NCBI GenBank assembly: GCA_963783575.1
Contig: CAWAOD010000011.1
Location: 256,001-320,000 of the forward strand
DNA length: 64,000 bases
From: an uncultured Spirochaetota bacterium
Lineage (GTDB): Bacteria; Spirochaetota; Brevinematia; Brevinematales; JAOACQ01
Reading direction: 5' to 3'
Shown here: positions 60,083-64,000 of the stretch, one piece after another
Numbering within the stretch: position 1 is the first letter of the stretch
How the letters are laid out: each line of letters begins with the position of its first letter
Program-made: the position numbers and the translations under genes
The notes under the pieces: model-generated
Told to the model about the DNA's origin: nothing
The model's input: only the letters and a program-made list of their open reading frames with translations
Database searches by the model: none

Positions 60083-61384
60083 TTATTTGTAATTTGCCAT
60101 AAAGGCATCTAAAACCGATTCAATATATTGAAGCATCTCATCCGTAAGACCCGGATATGTGCCGAGGAAAAATGTATTGTTCATTATAAAATCCGTATTA
60201 TTTAAATTATCGGCGATTCTATAATTCAAACCCTCAAAGCAGGGCTGGCGGGTTATATTGCCTGCGAATAAATAGCGGGTTTCAATCAGATTATCGTTCA
60301 GATGCTTTACCAGGTCATTTCTTTTAAACTGCGTGTTGTTTTTTACGGTGATAATATAGGCAAACCATGCGGGGTCTGCGTCTCTGGTCGCTTGGGGCAG
60401 AATAAAATACGGCGAGTACTTTGAAAAAATTTTCTGATATGTTTTAAAATTCTTTTTCCTTTTTTCACAGAAAGCTTCAAGCTTATCCATTTGGGCGCTT
60501 CCGATCGCTGCCTGCATATCGGTCATTTTTAAATTGTAACCGATTTCGGAATACACATATTTGTGATCGTAACCGGCAGGCAATGTTCCGAACTGCTGTG
60601 TAAAACGTTTTCCGCAGGTATTGTTCTCGCCGCTGCTGCAGTAGCAGTCCCTTCCCCAATCCCTGAAAGATTTAATTATCTTTGCCAGCTCTTCATCATT
60701 GGTAATTACCGCTCCGCCTTCTCCTGTGGTAATATGGTGCGCGGGATAGAACGATAATGTGGCAATGTGTCCGAATGTGCCGGTATAGTGGTCTTTGTAT
60801 TTGCTTCCGAAAGCGTCGCAATTATCCTCAATAAGCCACAAATCATGCTTATCGCATATTTCAAGGATTTTTTCCACATCAAAAGGGTTGCCTAGAGTAT
60901 GGGCAATAAAGATGCATCGTGTTTTGGGAGTTATTGCTTTTTCAAGCATTTCTATATCGATATTGTAAGTTTTTAAGTTTACATCCACAAAAACAGGTAT
61001 AAGCCCGTTCTGAATAATAGGAGTAACGGTTGCCGGAAAACCGGCTGCGACGGATAAAACTTCATCACCGGGTAAAAGCCTTTTTTTGCCGAGCTTTTTC
61101 GAGGTTAGGGCTGAAAAAGCCAGTAAATTGGACGATGAACCCGAATTTGTAAGAAGGACATTTGTAACCCCAAGAAAATCGGCGATTTTTTCTGAGAACT
61201 CTTCCGCGAACCTTCCTTCGGTAAGCCAAAAATCCATGCTTGCCTCTACTAACTTGATTATCTCACTTTCATCAAAAACCCTGCCTGCGTAACGGACTGT
61301 ATCAACCCCAGGAGTAAATTTTTTATTTTTAAGTTTATCTTCATAATTTTTTATTATTAAGCCGGTCAATTCCTGATTCAGCAT
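60083..61384 (-). CDS. rfbH: CDP-4-keto-6-deoxy-D-glucose 3-dehydrase (E1)
   Basis: NSGSSSNL, EDNCDA, SFYPAHHITTGEGG (His in place of the PLP Lys), RDWGRDCYC...NTC. Confidence 0.93.
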   Translation of the reverse strand: MLNQELTGLIIKNYEDKLKNKKFTPGVDTVRYAGRVFDESEIIKLVEASMDFWLTEGRFAEEFSEKIADFLGVTNVLLTNSGSSSNLLAFSALTSKKLGKKRLLPGDEVLSVAAGFPATVTPIIQNGLIPVFVDVNLKTYNIDIEMLEKAITPKTRCIFIAHTLGNPFDVEKILEICDKHDLWLIEDNCDAFGSKYKDHYTGTFGHIATLSFYPAHHITTGEGGAVITNDEELAKIIKSFRDWGRDCYCSSGENNTCGKRFTQQFGTLPAGYDHKYVYSEIGYNLKMTDMQAAIGSAQMDKLEAFCEKRKKNFKTYQKIFSKYSPYFILPQATRDADPAWFAYIITVKNNTQFKRNDLVKHLNDNLIETRYLFAGNITRQPCFEGLNYRIADNLNNTDFIMNNTFFLGTYPGLTDEMLQYIESVLDAFMANYK

Positions 61385-61393
61385 GAATTCCTC

Positions 61394-62518
61394 CTATCGA
61401 TCCTTTGCCCAGGTTTCGTTAATGTATTGAGCCTTTTTAACGTATTGATTGATTTGATTAACAGTAAATTGATACATATCAGGTATCCGGTCGGCCGGTT
61501 TTGATCTTTCATAAAATTCCCGGTACCAGTGCACAGTTTCCCCGATAGCTTCTTTTATTCCGTAAACCGGCCGCCATTTTAATAATGATTGAGCTTTACT
61601 GATATCAAGCTTTAAAAGACCGGCTTCGTGCGGTTGTTTGTCAGGGTTTAATCTCTTTTCTCCTTTTCCCCATAACCTGATAACTTCATCGACAACTTCC
61701 TCAACAGAAATAACGCTTTCATCATAAGGCCCGAAATTCCAGCCTTCGCTGTATGATGTGCCGTTCTTCATCATCAAAGCTCCCAGCCATATATACCCGG
61801 CCAGCGGTTCAAGGACATGCTGCCAGGGACGGGTTGATTTAGGATTGCGCAAGACAATCGGATTATTTTCGGAAACCGCACGGACGCAATCGGGAATTAA
61901 CCGGTCCTCGGCCCAATCTCCACCTCCGATCACATTCCCTGCCCTGACCGATGCAAGAGAAATATGATGGCTTTTTCCATAATCATTTTTATTGAAATAG
62001 GAATTACGGTAAGCCGACACGATAAGCTCCGCACAGGCTTTACTTGAGCTGTATGGATCGTAGCCGCCGAGAGGATCTGTTTCCCTGTAACCGTAAATCC
62101 ATTCCCTGTTTTCGTAGCACTTATCTGTTGTAATGACAATGCAGGCTTTAACGGAATCGCAATTACGGACTGTTTCAAGAATATTCAGCGTACCTATGGC
62201 GTTTGTTTCATAAGTCTCTTTTGGTAAATCATAAGACTGCCTGACTAAAGGCTGTGCAGCTAAATGAAAAACAACTTCAGGCTGTGTGTCATGAAAAACC
62301 TTAAATAAGTTTCGATCATCAAGAATGTTACCTTCGTGGTGACGGATTTGATCTTTTAATTTTAATGATTCGAACATATTCGGCTTTGTGGGAGGGGCAA
62401 GAGAATAACCGGTTACAACAGCCCCCATTTCTTTCAGCCAGATTGATAACCAGCTTCCTTTAAAACCGGTATGTCCGGTTATAAGTACTTTTTTATTTTT
62501 GTATGAATTATTAAACAT
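61394..62518 (-). CDS. rfbG: CDP-glucose 4,6-dehydratase
   Basis: TGHTGFKGSW, AAQPLV, TTDKCY, DPYSSSK, RAGNVIGGGD, RPWQHVLEP. Confidence 0.95.
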   Translation of the reverse strand: MFNNSYKNKKVLITGHTGFKGSWLSIWLKEMGAVVTGYSLAPPTKPNMFESLKLKDQIRHHEGNILDDRNLFKVFHDTQPEVVFHLAAQPLVRQSYDLPKETYETNAIGTLNILETVRNCDSVKACIVITTDKCYENREWIYGYRETDPLGGYDPYSSSKACAELIVSAYRNSYFNKNDYGKSHHISLASVRAGNVIGGGDWAEDRLIPDCVRAVSENNPIVLRNPKSTRPWQHVLEPLAGYIWLGALMMKNGTSYSEGWNFGPYDESVISVEEVVDEVIRLWGKGEKRLNPDKQPHEAGLLKLDISKAQSLLKWRPVYGIKEAIGETVHWYREFYERSKPADRIPDMYQFTVNQINQYVKKAQYINETWAKDR

Positions 62519-62718
62519 ATTAAGCCCAGACCCCTTAAATATTACCAGTTATCCGCGATCTTATTACAAAACTCTATATTTTACGAACGCTTATAATTAT
62601 AGCATTATAACTGATCAATATATAAAACAAACAGGTAATATTTTATAATATTAAATATTATTTATCAAATTTTCAAATTTGTAATAAATTATGAAAAGCA
62701 AAGCTGATTTTTATTGGA

Positions 62719-63603
62719 TTACCAATTATTCAACACCATAATTTTACTCAATAACTTTTGAGAGCCTACTATATGTGTAAATTCGTCATTAATACCGACT
62801 CTCTTAAAATCCGCTTTTAACCCGCTTTCCGCAATTACTTCTGCAACCGCACTACCGAGACCGCCTATTATATTATGTTCCTCAAGAGTTATAATTGGAA
62901 TTTGCTGAAGAATCAAATCAAGAATCATGTCTTTATCAAAAGGCTTAATAGTAGGATAGCTTACAAGGCAGATCTTTTTCCCGTGAGCAGCCGCTTCATC
63001 CGTGATCTGTTTTCCCTGTTCCAGCATATTGCTGGTTGTAATCAAAATCAAGTCGCTGCCCTGAGTTATTTTAACGGCTTTACCAAGAGTAATTTTCGCC
63101 GAATCAGGATGGATATTCGGTTCACCGCCTTTACCCAGCCTGAAATACATCGGGCCATTGTAATTAAAGCTTTCTTTCAACAAACAACGCAGCTCTACCG
63201 GGTCTCCCGGGCAGCAAACGGCCATATTGGGTAAAGACCGCATAATCGCAATATCTTCAATGGAATGATGAGAAGCACCCGCTGCTCCGTATGAATATCC
63301 TGCGCCCACTCCGATAATCCGGACATTGGTTTTCATATATGCAACATCTATTCTAATCTGTTCAAAACATCGCATCGTAATAAAAGGGATTATGCTATAT
63401 GCATAAACAATTTTTCCGGATAGGGCCAATCCGGCCGCGACACTTATCATATTCTGCTCGGCTATTCCGACATTCAGATACCGGTCGGGATGAGCTTTTA
63501 TGAATTTTTCCAGAACAGAATATCCCAGATCTGCGGATAAAAGGAAAATCCTGCTATCGGTTTCGGCTTGTTCAATCAGGCAATTAATAAATGTATTTCT
63601 CAT
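62719..63603 (-). CDS. Transketolase, C-terminal subunit
   Basis: NVGIAEQNM, R..EQIR, HHSIED, EEH...GGLGS. Confidence 0.9.
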   Translation of the reverse strand: MRNTFINCLIEQAETDSRIFLLSADLGYSVLEKFIKAHPDRYLNVGIAEQNMISVAAGLALSGKIVYAYSIIPFITMRCFEQIRIDVAYMKTNVRIIGVGAGYSYGAAGASHHSIEDIAIMRSLPNMAVCCPGDPVELRCLLKESFNYNGPMYFRLGKGGEPNIHPDSAKITLGKAVKITQGSDLILITTSNMLEQGKQITDEAAAHGKKICLVSYPTIKPFDKDMILDLILQQIPIITLEEHNIIGGLGSAVAEVIAESGLKADFKRVGINDEFTHIVGSQKLLSKIMVLNNW

Positions 63604-63605
63604 AA

Positions 63606-64000
63606 TCAACTGTCTATATCATTCAATGCTTGAGATAATTGTTCGTCATTTGGCGACTTGTAGTGCCATTCCAGCTTATTTTCCATAAAAGGGACCCCTT
63701 TTCCCTTAACAGTGCGGGCAATAATAGCTTTCGGTTTATCCTGCTTGATTTTTAAAGTTTTCTCCAATTCTTTAATATTATGGCCGTCAATTTCATATAC
63801 TTCCCAACCGAATACTTTCCATTTTTCAGCCATATTTCTCATATCAATTATATCATCGGTGTATCCAAATCCCTGCAATTTATTTAAGTCTATTATCGCT
63901 GTTAGATTATTTAATTTCATCGTTGCGGCAAGCATTACAGCTTCCCAAACTGAACCTTCATTACATTCCCCATCTCCTATAAGTACAAAAATCCGTGAAG
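63606..64000 (-). CDS. Transketolase, N-terminal subunit (partial; starts outside the window)
   Basis: GDGECNEGSVWEA TPP motif, DGHN, TVKGKG, WH. Confidence 0.9.
   Translation of the reverse strand, partial: SRIFVLIGDGECNEGSVWEAVMLAATMKLNNLTAIIDLNKLQGFGYTDDIIDMRNMAEKWKVFGWEVYEIDGHNIKELEKTLKIKQDKPKAIIARTVKGKGVPFMENKLEWHYKSPNDEQLSQALNDIDS

Overview
AT-rich bacterial chromosomal segment, probably from a spirochaete. This is inferred from the lipoboxes, chemoreceptor style and gene order, and is not proven. Left to right it contains: a truncated IS1182-family transposase; trpE plus a GNAT gene behind an unannotated attenuator whose leader peptide carries FYFYFWWWF; rpsA and a TPR protein; a 248-bp run of eight back-to-back hairpins; a B12 radical SAM/phosphorylase pair; an ECF sigma with a membrane-anchored vWA partner; a surface-polysaccharide cluster (GT4, Wzy-like, GT2, Wzx, GT10, DUF268, GT87-like, fcl) with duplication remnants; two paralogous lipoproteins separated by a 99-bp MITE that shares its ends with the IS1182; pnp, rpsO, ribF and murJ; divergent dapA/lysA; a Cache protein and two MCPs; a metallophosphoesterase-CuA fusion; ADP-heptose genes (GT9, hldE, hldD) interrupted by an MNT-HEPN toxin-antitoxin module whose toxin has an in-frame TGA; and a CDP-3,6-dideoxysugar cluster with a TPP carboligase, a NeuB-cupin fusion and a HAD-SDR fusion, which may make a long-branched sugar. 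I saw no rRNA, tRNA or CRISPR array. Several single-base frameshifts may be assembly errors.
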